From Callorhinchus milii (Eukaryota), in contig NW_024704742.1 of assembly GCF_018977255.1 (NCBI RefSeq), positions 61,506,001 to 61,570,000 on the forward strand: 64,000 nt of DNA, given 5' to 3'. Positions 62,181 to 64,000 of the stretch are shown here, one piece after another. The notes under the pieces were generated by a model that was not told the DNA's origin, searched no databases, and saw only the letters and a list, made by a program, of their open reading frames with translations. Each line of letters opens with the position of its first letter. Within the stretch, counting starts at the first letter, position 1. A program made the translations under genes and the position numbers.

Positions 62181-62604
62181 TGGGTCAGTGATAGCACTCT
62201 TGTCTCTGAGTCAGAAGGTTGCGGGTTGATATCCCACGTTGGGACTTGGAATCACATAGTCTAAGCGGACACTCTAATGCAGTGCTGGGAGTGAGTTGTA
62301 TTGCGCGAGATGCTGTCTTTTGGATGAGACGTTAAACTGAGGTTCTGTCTGCCAGTTCAGGTAGATGTTAAAAATCCCATGCCACTATTTGGAAAGAAAA
62401 GTCAGTTTCTCCCGCTGATCTAACCAACAAGCCTCCAAATAAAATTGATCACTCACTACATGGCTGTTTTGGGGATATTGCTGTGTGCAAACTGGTTGCC
62501 GAGTTTGCCGATAGTCAATCTGCTTTACAGTGTATTCTGTGAAATGCTTTGAGACATTTTGACAACATGATAAGATGTTTTTCCACGCGCAAGGATTAAT
62601 TATT
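62181..62604 (+). mobile_element. Near full-length old Deu SINE (SacSINE1-like)
   Basis: TCAGTGATAGCACTCTTGTCTCTGAGTCAGAAGGTTGCGGGTTGA..GATGAGACGTTAAACTGAGG..TCAGGTAGATGTTAAAAATCCCATG..TTGCTGTGTGCAAACTGG; further fragments at ~3.3, 7.5, 10.8, 18.5, 20.2, 21.1, 27.2, 31.9, 39.6, 42.2 and 52.9 kb. Confidence 0.8.
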
Positions 62605-63714
62605 TAAGGAAAAAATGTAAATGTCAACAATTAACTACATTTTAAACTGTGACTGCAATCTTTTATAGTTGATGAAATTGTTTAAAAATAGTTGCACTTG
62701 GTTAAGTAACCCTTTTGCAAAGTTAACAAGAAAAGTTAATAGCCATCTTTAATAAAGTGTTTTTTAAACTTGGCATAGCCTGTTTCCATAATGATTTCAA
62801 ACCTTTAGCAAATGGGAATATGTTTAAAGGATAATTGAATTTGTGCCTACAGTGAGGCACTTCGTATTTCCAAGTGAAAATAAACAAAGAATTCAGAACG
62901 GTTTCACAAACAATACTTGTGTGTAAAGGCTAATTTATCCTTTGTCCTTCCAATCAAGGAAACAGCAGTAGGTCTTTATAGTTATGTTTCGTAGTACAAA
63001 TTTTCAATTTCAATTTGTAATATAAAAAATATACAGCTGCAGGAGAAACAGATTACTCTTGGTACGTGTGCTGTTCACAAGAATTGAATTAGCAATCTCT
63101 ACACAATAGATAAACCACAATATGACACGTCATCTTTTCTGATACGCTTCTAAAAATACCTTAAATAAAGTGAATGCTATTGAATCATTTTCATCTGATA
63201 TAACAAAAGATCAAAATCTTGTACAAAGTTTGCCTTCAGCTAAAACTTTTCTAAGTTGCAATGTTGCTTTAAGCTAAACCATCTTCCAGCAGATATAAAA
63301 GAAACACAAAATGTAAAATAAAACAGATAATGTTGGAAATGTTTGAAAGAGTAGGGTAAAGTGATTTGGACCACTCTAGCCAAACAAAGACATATCTTTC
63401 CAACCATGCTTTCAGTCACCTTCCTCCCATCCCCAGCTCAGGCTCCGAATCAGCCATGTGAAAGACATTGAACCATTCTCTCGACATGAAAGGTGAAATA
63501 TAAATGTAAATTGTTGTTGTAGCAGGCCAAGGTGTTAAAGGTTATTGGAGGAAGAAATGCCTCCACTTCACAGTCAAGAGCAAAAGTTCAAATTCTGCAA
63601 AGTTTAGATTGATCAGCCACTCCCTGTAACCACTTGATGCAAGAAGATTGCTGTATCTTGTGATTCAAGTGTTTTTTTTAAATGGCCAAAAAGCTTCAAG
63701 TTTTATAACTGTAT

Positions 63715-64000
63715 CAGCCTGTCTGCTCCTTCCGCTCAGTGGATACCGGCCTGCTTCAGAGCCTCGCACTTCCCGCCTCATCATTGGTGGTTGGGCATTC
63801 AGCATCTTTGCCCCCACACTCTGGAATTCTATCCAGCAATCCCTCCACCTCACCTACTCTCTTGCCTCCTCCTTCAAGTCCTGACTGAAGAACTTCCTCG
63901 TCGACTGTGCCTTCGGCCACACCCCCAGCCCCAACCCCCCCCTGCTCTCCACCCCTCCTGGCCCAACTCCCAGCTCGCGTCCAAAAACTCCTGACTGTCC
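63715..64000 (+). mobile_element. L2 3' fragment (runs off the window)
   Basis: IIGGWAFSIFAPTLWNSI..SLASSFKS plus a C-rich 3' UTR. Confidence 0.85.

Overview
Eukaryotic, repeat-dense, apparently gene-free 64 kb (intergenic or deep intronic). The repeat set (L2 LINEs with (TTG)n tails, Deu-domain tRNA SINEs, CR1 3' ends, Penelope-type ends) suggests a cartilaginous fish, possibly a chimaera; this is an inference. I found no host protein-coding exon. Every ORF with recognisable protein homology is a broken L2 reverse-transcriptase fragment. One further ORF is a gag-like stub of an LTR retroelement at 59.85-61.39 kb (minus strand: 762-bp TGTT...AACA LTR, tRNA-Arg primer-binding site). The most striking signals are: (1) eight short hairpins with covarying stems and G-rich loops between that PBS and the gag start, a candidate multivalent packaging signal; (2) an unclassified ~0.6-0.7 kb non-coding retroposon with a defined 5' end, 3' stem-loop and oligo-A tail, present about 10 times; (3) a young L2 subfamily whose separate insertions share the same frameshifts; (4) SINE and L2 tails with a conserved stem and swapped loops. 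Also present are a non-autonomous Helitron, a probable solo LTR, a MITE, nested insertions and local templated rearrangements. Alignments and boundaries were read by eye; ends of old repeats are approximate.
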